Part shown: in pieces, positions 46,720 to 54,862 of the stretch
How positions within the stretch are numbered: the first letter of the stretch is position 1
How the letters are laid out: each line of letters starts with the position of its first letter
DNA from: Oligoflexales bacterium
GTDB lineage: Bacteria > Bdellovibrionota_B > Oligoflexia > Oligoflexales > CAIYRB01
Reading direction: 5' to 3'
Length of the DNA: 64,000 bases
NCBI GenBank assembly: GCA_041736175.1
Contig: JBGSUI010000056.1
Span: 94,347 to 158,346 of the forward strand
The notes under the pieces: generated by a model
Database searches by the model: none
Seen by the model: the letters and a program-made list of their open reading frames with translations, nothing else
Told to the model about the DNA's origin: nothing
Position numbers and translations under genes: made by a program

Positions 46720-48846
46720 TTACTCCCGGCTCTGGATATGACGGAGCATCTGGTCAAAGCGGTCTCCAGAGATTGATCCCCAGAGGATTTTTCGGTCTCC
46801 CTCCCAGAGGGTAGCGTTGCCCGAAAAGATGTCCACGATGTCATTCATCCGCTGGCCATAGATTTCCAGTTCTAGGCGTCGGTTTTTCCATTGGTCATAG
46901 GGGATATCATTAAATCGCTGTAAAGGTTCGGTGAGAGCCTTTGCCAGGTCCTGAGACGAGCGGGGAGACTCCTTAAATCCTAAATCTTCGGGAGAGTCCA
47001 GCTTGAAATTCAGGGTGATTTTGTTAGATCCAGGGTCGAAGGCTATTGTGAGGGGTGAGGACTCAGGGATCAATGTCTTTAGATGAGAGCTTCCATCTTT
47101 GAGCAGAGCTGCACAGGCGTCAGCGGCTGTAGCTGTCGTATCGAGGGGGAGGCATTGCTGGTGGGGTTGATCAAGATTCCATTCGACCCAGAGGATTCCC
47201 GGCTGGCGGCTGATTTTAAGCCCAAAAGTAGAAAAGAATCGGGTGGCCTGGGGGGCGTTGACGGCACGGATCGCCTCAATGGTTGCCCCATGTTCCTGCT
47301 CGAGGAGCTGATCTAGTTGTTGTTTCTTCGAGTCAAAGTCGGCTTTGGTCGCGAGGTAGATGGACTCTGCGGCTAGGACGGCGGCCTTTAGATTGGCTGA
47401 ATCGGTATTTTTGCGCCTGATCATGGGCCGAAACATCGGGTCAGCATCGGTCTCGTTTTCGGGGAGGATCTGGTTCCAAAAGAGTTCGAGACTTTCCTGA
47501 CCCCGTGATGGTCCATCGGCCTGTCCCTGACTATGATGGGTGAGGGTTTGGCCCACAGGTTGATTAAACAAAATATCGTTCACGGCGAGGTTAAAGCCAT
47601 AAGCCGTCCCAAACCGCGTGCCTAACCTTCGAGGAATCTGTGTAAGTCCCTCATAGAGGAGTAGGTCCTCGGCTTTTTTAGAGTGAGGCCGCAAGGGGAT
47701 CATAGGGCGCATGTTAGCCTGGTAACCTAGGTCAAAATCGATCTCGACCATCTCCAGAAGGCGTATAGGAGCCGCTTGGGATAACAGCTCCGTCGCCGGG
47801 GCGGATTTTCTTTGGAAAGCCGTCGGACATTGTCCCAGCATGGCCATGGTCTCGTCACTAAACTCCGCCCTCCGAAAGGGGCTTCCACCTAGGACCGCGG
47901 TGGCAAAGCGACCCTGGTCGGCGAAGGGTGCTGGCCGTCGGCTTAATAAAGCCTCAAGTGGACTGAGAGTCCCCGTGACATCACTTTTTAGCCATCCTTC
48001 GACGGCAGCTTTCTTAAGCATGCTCCCCGCCTGTGATGTGCATCGGGAAGTCGGCCCATCGCCTGTCAGGCTGAGCCACTGGGGGGTTTTCATCACACCC
48101 TCCCGCCAGAGGCACTGAAAATAGGATCTCCCATCCCCAGGGGCGGCCTGGCAAAAAATCTCGTTGCTAAAATACTGCTGTGATCTGTAGTAGGGCTCGC
48201 AAAAGGCTTGGGGCGTGGGGCGAGACGTAAAGGTTGCTGTGGCAAGAGTGCTCGTGGCTAACTCCCAGATTTTGCCATCACAGTAGCCCTGCCAGCGGGC
48301 GCGGATCAACGAGTCTTGGTCTTTGACGTATGGGTCTTTGTTTGCAAGTCTTTCCAGGGTCGACTCAAACCATTGATCTGTACCGTCTCGGGCCATCTTG
48401 ATCAGGTTTGGATCCAAAAGACCCTTGGACCCTGCGTTGAGGTATGTTGCTTGGGCGGTCTCTAAGTCCTTAAGCTGGGAGTCCGCGGATTTTTGCAGAG
48501 GAAGCACCTCTTGGGCCGCAAACTCAAGGGCTGCTTTTTTTCGCAGCCGACCCTCGATCACGGCTTGGTTGACCCGGTTCATGGCCTCGGGGGTGGCTAG
48601 GTCGTCCCAAAAGATCAAGCGGCCCTCGTACACCTGGGTTAACGGCGAGTTGGTCAGACCAAACCCCAAATCCTTTGGTCCAGTCGCTCCGGTCGGTGAT
48701 ACCTCCTGGCTGGGAAAAGGCGGGAGCGTGAGCTCACCACCGGGCTGTGCTTGGACCTTTGGTTTTGAAACCCCGCAGGCACACAAAGTCAAGAGGATGC
48801 CTAGGGAGACTAGCTTAAGGTGGACGCGTTTTAGGTGAGATTTCAT
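46720..48846 (-). CDS. Hypothetical lipoprotein
   Basis: 708-aa ORF, lipobox LCAC, coiled-coil-like segments; last gene of a minus-strand run. Confidence 0.75.
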   Translation of the reverse strand: MKSHLKRVHLKLVSLGILLTLCACGVSKPKVQAQPGGELTLPPFPSQEVSPTGATGPKDLGFGLTNSPLTQVYEGRLIFWDDLATPEAMNRVNQAVIEGRLRKKAALEFAAQEVLPLQKSADSQLKDLETAQATYLNAGSKGLLDPNLIKMARDGTDQWFESTLERLANKDPYVKDQDSLIRARWQGYCDGKIWELATSTLATATFTSRPTPQAFCEPYYRSQQYFSNEIFCQAAPGDGRSYFQCLWREGVMKTPQWLSLTGDGPTSRCTSQAGSMLKKAAVEGWLKSDVTGTLSPLEALLSRRPAPFADQGRFATAVLGGSPFRRAEFSDETMAMLGQCPTAFQRKSAPATELLSQAAPIRLLEMVEIDFDLGYQANMRPMIPLRPHSKKAEDLLLYEGLTQIPRRLGTRFGTAYGFNLAVNDILFNQPVGQTLTHHSQGQADGPSRGQESLELFWNQILPENETDADPMFRPMIRRKNTDSANLKAAVLAAESIYLATKADFDSKKQQLDQLLEQEHGATIEAIRAVNAPQATRFFSTFGLKISRQPGILWVEWNLDQPHQQCLPLDTTATAADACAALLKDGSSHLKTLIPESSPLTIAFDPGSNKITLNFKLDSPEDLGFKESPRSSQDLAKALTEPLQRFNDIPYDQWKNRRLELEIYGQRMNDIVDIFSGNATLWEGDRKILWGSISGDRFDQMLRHIQSRE

Positions 48847-48860
48847 GGAAAAGCCTTTTT

Positions 48861-50129
48861 TCAGAAGAACACTGAAAGGTCAAATTGGGTCAGGTTGGTC
48901 ACTGGACTATTACGGCTGGCAAGGGATCTTACGAGAGTTAGTTGGGCCTCCATAGGCACGGGAGCACGACCGGCTCGAAAGAGGGGGAGTGTGCTGTAAC
49001 CGAGGGAGGTCTCGGCCAGTTGTTGGGTTTGTTCTGTGTCTTTTTCTAGTTCTGACGAAGAATCTCTGGAGACCCCTTGGTAGCGGTCGCTGAGTTTGCG
49101 CTGAAAGTTGGTCCCAACTCCGGCTGTTAGCCCAAAGGCAGGTTGCCACTTAAGGGAGATTCCAGTTTCCCATTTGTCGCCCAGCTTAAACCCAGCATCC
49201 GTCACGGGCACCTCAATTTTTTCGTCAGCCGTCACTTCGCGGATTTTTTTTCGTCCTGATACTTGATGGGTGTATTTTCCATACTCATTGAGGGACCAGC
49301 CCTTACCTAGTTCTTGATCCGAAGCCAGGAGTCCGAAAAGATCCCATTGGCCGTCGCCAAATGGCAGGTCGGTCAAGAGGTCGGGATCGTCCGTGCGGCC
49401 TGTGGGTGCCACGACTCCAGTAGTGGTCGCTACGCTCATGCGTGAGGACTCAAGGGCCAGGTATTTACCGGCGACGGTGATATCACCTAAGCCTTGATCT
49501 TCCCAGGATCCCAAGGAGGCGAAGCCGTTGTCTAAAAGTTTTGCGTTGAGCTTAGAGACGGCTTGATTGATTTTTTCGCCTGCCTCCCGCGCTGCTGCCA
49601 CCTGGTTGACTTGGGGACGGCTGAGAGCTGCTAAAAAATCCTGTCCCTGCTGGTTAGGACGAAATCCTATGGCGACATTGGTCGCTGCACGGTAGTAGGG
49701 AACTGCCACGGCGACGGTCCAGCGACTCGAAACTCCGTAGGACAAAATCGGTGCCGTCACTTGAAGCCTGGCCTTTAGATCAGCACTAAACGCGCCGACG
49801 GAGGCGTTTTCGTCGATCTTTTCACCTAAGAGAAAACCTCTCAGGAGATTAGCTTTGATGGTGTCTTCTCCATTGGCGATTTTCTTAAAGGTAAGATCTT
49901 GGGACAAGGGGCTCCCGAGAGGGAGTCCTTTGCCCTGTGAATTAGTCTTTTGGCTGATCGAAGTATCGACCATGCGGAGGTTTAGGCCCCGGACCCCTTG
50001 GGGCAAAACTTTGGTCGATTCAAAAGCTAAAACCGGGGGAGCAAGCAGGGTGCAAAGGGTTGTCCCCATTAGGGTTCCCCAAGGACGTTGCTGACTTCGA
50101 GATTCACGTCGGTCGGACTGATTTACCAT
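48861..50129 (-). CDS. Outer-membrane transporter-like beta-barrel (MetA/phenol-degradation-like)
   Basis: GLGDITVAGKY, APTG and GDGQWD; terminal Phe; signal peptide. Confidence 0.7.
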   Translation of the reverse strand: MVNQSDRRESRSQQRPWGTLMGTTLCTLLAPPVLAFESTKVLPQGVRGLNLRMVDTSISQKTNSQGKGLPLGSPLSQDLTFKKIANGEDTIKANLLRGFLLGEKIDENASVGAFSADLKARLQVTAPILSYGVSSRWTVAVAVPYYRAATNVAIGFRPNQQGQDFLAALSRPQVNQVAAAREAGEKINQAVSKLNAKLLDNGFASLGSWEDQGLGDITVAGKYLALESSRMSVATTTGVVAPTGRTDDPDLLTDLPFGDGQWDLFGLLASDQELGKGWSLNEYGKYTHQVSGRKKIREVTADEKIEVPVTDAGFKLGDKWETGISLKWQPAFGLTAGVGTNFQRKLSDRYQGVSRDSSSELEKDTEQTQQLAETSLGYSTLPLFRAGRAPVPMEAQLTLVRSLASRNSPVTNLTQFDLSVFF

Positions 50130-50160
50130 GGGGATCTTTCTTTTTTTAAATAAAGTTTAT

Positions 50161-51084
50161 TTATTTTTGTGGCCAATCAAGTCCGGTCAATTCCTTATAG
50201 GAGACTTTGACTCGGTTATAATAGTGTCTAAACTCCGGCTCGCGGCCAAGGGGAAGGTCATCCAATTCGATGCGCTCGTCCATCTCCTTGAGAGCTGTAA
50301 TCACATGGGTCACAGCTTTTTCTTTGAATCCGTTGTTTGGCCGATCGGCGTCGAGCTGCTGCAGAGCGTCCGCGAGGACGGCATAGTTTTCGTAAAATTG
50401 TCCGCCACCGCTAGGATCCCCAGGATAGGCACTGGAGTTTACCGCTTTGGTGGCAAGCTCCAGGGCTAGGTCGGGATTATAGAGCTGAACAGCAGCGGCT
50501 TTAGGATTTAGATAGACACCGGCAGCCACCCTTAGGATGCCACCGCCTTCAAACCGAGTGTCTAACTGTTGACCGGCTGCAAAGTCTTCTTTGAGCCAAG
50601 CCACATAGGCGAGCTTTTCCATCGGTCCAGCCACTTCTCCCCAATAGGCCGTGCATACGCTGCGGACATATTGAAAGGCTGGATGAGATTCACCGAGATT
50701 TGCGGGGCTGATTGCATCCACAAATCCTGGCGCTTCGCAGGAGGGACGGGGGAGGGGATTGTAGGTGACTTTTGGGCTCGCACAAAAGCACTGGCTAAAG
50801 ATCTTTTTGCGACCCTCGACGTCTGATTTAGGGAGGAGGATCTCCCCTTCGAAAATCGCCAGACGTCCGAGCTGGGCGACCGCTAAGACCTTTTCTGCGG
50901 GAGTGGTGGCTGCGGCCAGCAGCTCTGAATATTTGGCGCGGGCCTCGGCGATTTGAGCGGGACCATCGGCCCTTTTTGCAAAAAGAGCTTCGGCGTCGCT
51001 CCATGAGTCTGCGCGGGTTGTTTGGGTATAGATGACACTTGATACCAAGATAGCGGTGACTGCTGAGATAAAAATATTTTTCAT
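50161..51084 (-). CDS. Secreted helical-repeat (TPR/TatT-like) protein
   Basis: RBS AAGGAG, signal peptide ending TRA, helical pattern with FEGGG..R..G.Y. Confidence 0.6.
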   Translation of the reverse strand: MKNIFISAVTAILVSSVIYTQTTRADSWSDAEALFAKRADGPAQIAEARAKYSELLAAATTPAEKVLAVAQLGRLAIFEGEILLPKSDVEGRKKIFSQCFCASPKVTYNPLPRPSCEAPGFVDAISPANLGESHPAFQYVRSVCTAYWGEVAGPMEKLAYVAWLKEDFAAGQQLDTRFEGGGILRVAAGVYLNPKAAAVQLYNPDLALELATKAVNSSAYPGDPSGGGQFYENYAVLADALQQLDADRPNNGFKEKAVTHVITALKEMDERIELDDLPLGREPEFRHYYNRVKVSYKELTGLDWPQK

Positions 51085-51208
51085 GTAGACTCTCCTTATT
51101 TGATAGGACCATTGTTTGCAGCTTCAGGCGACCTTGTCAACCCTAAGAAAAAACAAGACGATCAAAACAGGAATGTCCATTGGGCTCTCATCAGCCTTAA
51201 AAGTGAAA

Positions 51209-52096
51209 CTATTTTTTGTAGGTTTTTTCTCCTTTAGCTTGGAGGAGGACTCCGTAAAGCTCACTGCGTTTGAGTCCTATATCCCGGTACTTTTGCAAGA
51301 GACTCTTAAGAGAAGCTCCTTCTATAAATTCACTTTGGGCTTTTCGGATCAGACTTTCCATCATCTGTGGGTCCGAGGCGATATCTTGTGTCCTTTTGGG
51401 TGTGATGGCTACCATGACAGCCACTTCACCCTTTAGGGTGGTGTGCGCACTAAACCATAGTATGGCTTCATGGACCGAAGCCGTAAAAATCTCCTCATGA
51501 AATTTAGTAAGCTCGCGGCCGATAGCGACCTGACAGTTTGGGTGGATGGACCCTAGCGCACTCAGAGTCTTACCCAGCCGCCGGGTAGATTCATAAAAGA
51601 TAATGCTCATTCCATGGCCCTGGGCTAGATCTCCCCACTGGGAGATTTCTTGGTTTCTGGCTTGGGTTTTTGTCGGTAGAAAACCTACAAACATAAATCG
51701 ATTAGTGGGAAGACCAGCCACCGAAATCAGCGATGTCAACGCTGAGGCACCGGGTATCGGCACCACGGGGATTTTGTGCTGGTGGGCAAGGGCCACCAAC
51801 CGGTAGCCGGGGTCAGAAACACCAGGGGTGCCTGCATCACTCACCAGGGCTATGGACTGACCGTCGAGGAGTGGTTGAAGCAGTTCTTGGGACCGAACCG
51901 CCTCATTATGGTCATGATAACTCATGATCTTCTTAGGCTTAATCCCCACGAGTCCAAAGAGTTTAAGGGTCTCGCGGGTGTCTTCGGCGGCGATAAGATC
52001 CACCTCGCCAAGGATTCTTTTGGCACGGGGGGTGAGGTCTTCGAGGTTGCCAATGGGTGTGGCCACCACAAAAAGGGTCCCAATTTGAATCGACAA
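51209..52096 (-). CDS. rsmI: 16S rRNA (cytidine1402-2'-O)-methyltransferase
   Basis: VVATPIGNLED, AAEDTR, VSDAGTP..SDPG, GFLP and RELTK.HEE. Confidence 0.96.
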   Translation of the reverse strand: MSIQIGTLFVVATPIGNLEDLTPRAKRILGEVDLIAAEDTRETLKLFGLVGIKPKKIMSYHDHNEAVRSQELLQPLLDGQSIALVSDAGTPGVSDPGYRLVALAHQHKIPVVPIPGASALTSLISVAGLPTNRFMFVGFLPTKTQARNQEISQWGDLAQGHGMSIIFYESTRRLGKTLSALGSIHPNCQVAIGRELTKFHEEIFTASVHEAILWFSAHTTLKGEVAVMVAITPKRTQDIASDPQMMESLIRKAQSEFIEGASLKSLLQKYRDIGLKRSELYGVLLQAKGEKTYKK

Positions 52097-52160
52097 AAGT
52101 ACGTCCTTTCAGGAAATCAAAAAAATTTTAAACCAGGAGGTCCCATGGGACCCAGAGGTG

Positions 52161-52169
52161 TGTTACTAT
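52161..52169 (+). promoter_or_regulatory. Extended -10 promoter element for the 6S RNA
   Basis: TG-T-TACTAT ending 7-8 nt before the RNA terminal stem. Confidence 0.55.
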
Positions 52170-52176
52170 ATTTTTA

Positions 52177-52354
52177 GCTTACGGTGAAGGCGTTGACATG
52201 CTGGAGAACCGATACATTTTGACTAGGGAGCCGGACCCTTCCGTGGTGTGCAAGCCCCCCGCCCTGTGTGTTAGGGGGAAGCCTAAAGCGGTTGTCAATG
52301 GCACCCACCTATTTACATGGTGGGTTCCCCTAGCTTCACCGCCCCACCGTGAGC
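52177..52354 (+). ncRNA. ssrS: 6S RNA
   Basis: 178 nt closed by a terminal stem GCTTACGGTG/CACCGTGAGC. Internal GAACCG..GGGAG and GGCACCCACCT...GGTGGGTTC motifs are typical of 6S RNAs. Confidence 0.8.
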
Positions 52355-52445
52355 CCCTACACTCTACACATTCTATTTCCATCAGCCTTCCATCAATGCT
52401 AGCTTAGGGCCTTTCCTGATTAGGGTAACGAGACTGCCCCAGCTG

Positions 52446-53666
52446 ATGGAGTCAACTGTGCAACTTTCAAAACGAATCCTCAACGTCAAAACCTCTCCCA
52501 CTGTGGCGCTTAATGCCAAAGCCAAAGCTCTGGCCAAGGAGGGGGCTAAGGTCCTCAATTTTACGGTGGGAGAGCCGGATTTTGCGACCCCGGCTCCTGT
52601 CGTCCAAGTTGCTATCGATGCCCTCAAGGCAGGTAAGACCAAATATGGTGCAGCAGGAGGTGGCCTTGAGCTGCGCCAGGCCATCGCCGCCAAGCTCCAA
52701 AAAGAAAACAAACTCAAATTTGATCCCGACCAGATCGTCTGTGGGATCGGAGCTAAAGAGATCTTGTTTCATATCTTTCTAGCGATCCTTAACGAGGGTG
52801 ACGAGGTTTTGATTCCTGCGCCCTATTGGGTCAGCTATCCGGATCAAGTCATCGCTGCGGGGGGTAAACCCATCGGTCTGCCCCTCTCTCCGGACCCGGC
52901 CCAGGAGCCTCTTGTTTTAAGCCACCTGGAGACCTACCGGACCAGCCGGACCACCGCGATTGTCCTTAACTCTCCCTGTAACCCCTCGGGAAGCGTCATG
53001 TCCGAAGCCCTCTTGCGAGAGCTAGGCAGCTATCTGGAAAAAACCGACTGGTGGATCGTTTCCGATGAGATCTACGAATATATGACTTTTGGGGGGCGCC
53101 ATGTTTCCCTCTTAGAACTCTTTCCCTCCCTTAAAGACCGCTTTATCTTGGTCAACGGCATGTCTAAAGGCTTTGCCATGACCGGCTGGCGAGTGGGCTA
53201 CTGCGCGGCGCCCCAGACTCCCCTCAACGTTGCAAAAATGGTGCGGGATCTTCAAAGTCATTCGTCGACTTGTTTGCCACCTTTTATCGAAGATGCAGCC
53301 ACCTATGCGGTCGCCCAAGGCGCAAGCCTCCTCGCCCATGAGATGGACGGGCTTAAAAAACGCCGGGACCAGGCCATCCGGCTGCTCCAAGGCCTTAAGG
53401 ACCAAGGTTGCGGTGTCGGGGTCCCCCATCCCGAGGGGGCCTTTTACCTGCTGATCGATATCCGCCCGACTCTCCTTAAAAAATCCCCCAACGCAAACGC
53501 CCTCGAATTTGCCGAGTACCTGCTCACCAAACACCATATGGCGGTGGTGCCAGGGGATCCCTTTGGGGCTCCCGGTTATATCCGCCTCAGCTATGCCACG
53601 GCGGAAAAAAACCTGATCGAAGGGATTCAGCGACTCGGTACAGCCCTCGGTGAGTGGTCCCGTTAA
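52446..53666 (+). CDS. aspC: Class I/II PLP-dependent (aspartate) aminotransferase
   Basis: GEPDF.TP, GAK, PAPYWVSY, NSP.NPSG, SDEIYE and SKGFAMTGWRVGY. Confidence 0.92.
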   Translation: MESTVQLSKRILNVKTSPTVALNAKAKALAKEGAKVLNFTVGEPDFATPAPVVQVAIDALKAGKTKYGAAGGGLELRQAIAAKLQKENKLKFDPDQIVCGIGAKEILFHIFLAILNEGDEVLIPAPYWVSYPDQVIAAGGKPIGLPLSPDPAQEPLVLSHLETYRTSRTTAIVLNSPCNPSGSVMSEALLRELGSYLEKTDWWIVSDEIYEYMTFGGRHVSLLELFPSLKDRFILVNGMSKGFAMTGWRVGYCAAPQTPLNVAKMVRDLQSHSSTCLPPFIEDAATYAVAQGASLLAHEMDGLKKRRDQAIRLLQGLKDQGCGVGVPHPEGAFYLLIDIRPTLLKKSPNANALEFAEYLLTKHHMAVVPGDPFGAPGYIRLSYATAEKNLIEGIQRLGTALGEWSR

Positions 53667-53714
53667 TTTTCATAAATCTAAATGTGTTTAAAAGTGAGGG
53701 GTTGAGATACTCTT

Positions 53715-54806
53715 ATGTCCCAGGATCAATCAGCGGTGCAGCTAGAAGTCGAAAAGATTGCGGAACAATTCAAAACCCAATCCCAATGGGTGCAAAAGTC
53801 TCCCAGTCCGGAAGCAGTGGAAGAGCTTAGGCTCCACTTCTTAGGACGCAAAGGTCTCGTCTCCGGACTCCTTGAGTCCCTTAAGACCTGTAGTCGGGAG
53901 GAGCGGCCACTCCTTGGCAAGTCGATCAATGTCCTTAAGCAGCATGTGGAAAGCTACCTGGAGTCCCTTAAGATAGCCTCACTCCAGTGGGTCACCCAGC
54001 AAAAGCTTGCAGCACCCCCCCTGGATATCTCTCTACCCGTGACGGGGAGTCCGGGGTCTCTCCATCCAGTCACCCTGATGCGGCGCGAGCTTAACCGCGA
54101 ATTTCGGCGCATGGGATTTACGGTCTACGACGGTCCTGAACTGGACTTTGAATTCTACAATTTCAATGCCCTTAATATCCTGGAAAACCATCCTGCCCGG
54201 GATATGCAAGATACCTTTTATATTGCGCCTCTGCCCGGGGACGGGCCGCAACCCAACCCCCTTGGACGGCTAGTCCTGCGGACCCATACCTCTAATCTGC
54301 AGATCCACGCGATGCTCGCGGATCGTCCGCCCCTGCGGATTGTCGCCCCGGGACGGGTGTTTCGGGTCGACTCGGACCCCACCCATACCCCGATGTTTCA
54401 CCAGATCGAGGCGTTTGTGGTGGACCGAGGGATTCATTTTGGGCACCTTAAGGGAGTGATCTCTACCTTTATGAAGGCGATCTTTGGCTCCAACATGAAG
54501 ACGCGGCTGCGCCCCAGCTATTTTCCTTTTGTGGAGCCAGGGGCTGAGATCGATATCCAATGTGTCCCCTGTGGGGGCAAAGGCTGCCGCCTCTGTAAAG
54601 ACACCGGGTGGATTGAGATCGGCGGAGCCGGAATGATCCACCCTAACGTGTTTGAAGCAGTAGAACTCGACAGCGAAATCTACACGGGTTTTGCCTTTGG
54701 CTTTGGCATCGACCGTATGGCTATGATGAAATACAAAGTCCCCGACTTAAGACAATTGTTTGAGGGCAGCGTGAGTTATCTGGGCCAGTATCCGGTCGTG
54801 CTTTAG
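53715..54806 (+). CDS. pheS: Phenylalanine-tRNA ligase alpha subunit
   Basis: HPARDMQDTFY, LRTHTS, THTPMFHQIE, RPSYFPFVEP and GFAFGFGIDR. Confidence 0.98.
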   Translation: MSQDQSAVQLEVEKIAEQFKTQSQWVQKSPSPEAVEELRLHFLGRKGLVSGLLESLKTCSREERPLLGKSINVLKQHVESYLESLKIASLQWVTQQKLAAPPLDISLPVTGSPGSLHPVTLMRRELNREFRRMGFTVYDGPELDFEFYNFNALNILENHPARDMQDTFYIAPLPGDGPQPNPLGRLVLRTHTSNLQIHAMLADRPPLRIVAPGRVFRVDSDPTHTPMFHQIEAFVVDRGIHFGHLKGVISTFMKAIFGSNMKTRLRPSYFPFVEPGAEIDIQCVPCGGKGCRLCKDTGWIEIGGAGMIHPNVFEAVELDSEIYTGFAFGFGIDRMAMMKYKVPDLRQLFEGSVSYLGQYPVVL

Positions 54807-54862
54807 AGTCTTTCTTAAAAAAACTCCATTCACTCCATCCTTTTTAGGCAACAGGTTTATAA

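Noticed and set aside
52177..52354. T-box or pheM-type attenuator for pheST
   Set aside because: No T-box consensus or Phe-rich leader peptide. The closed rod structure and motifs fit 6S RNA, and another gene intervenes before pheS.
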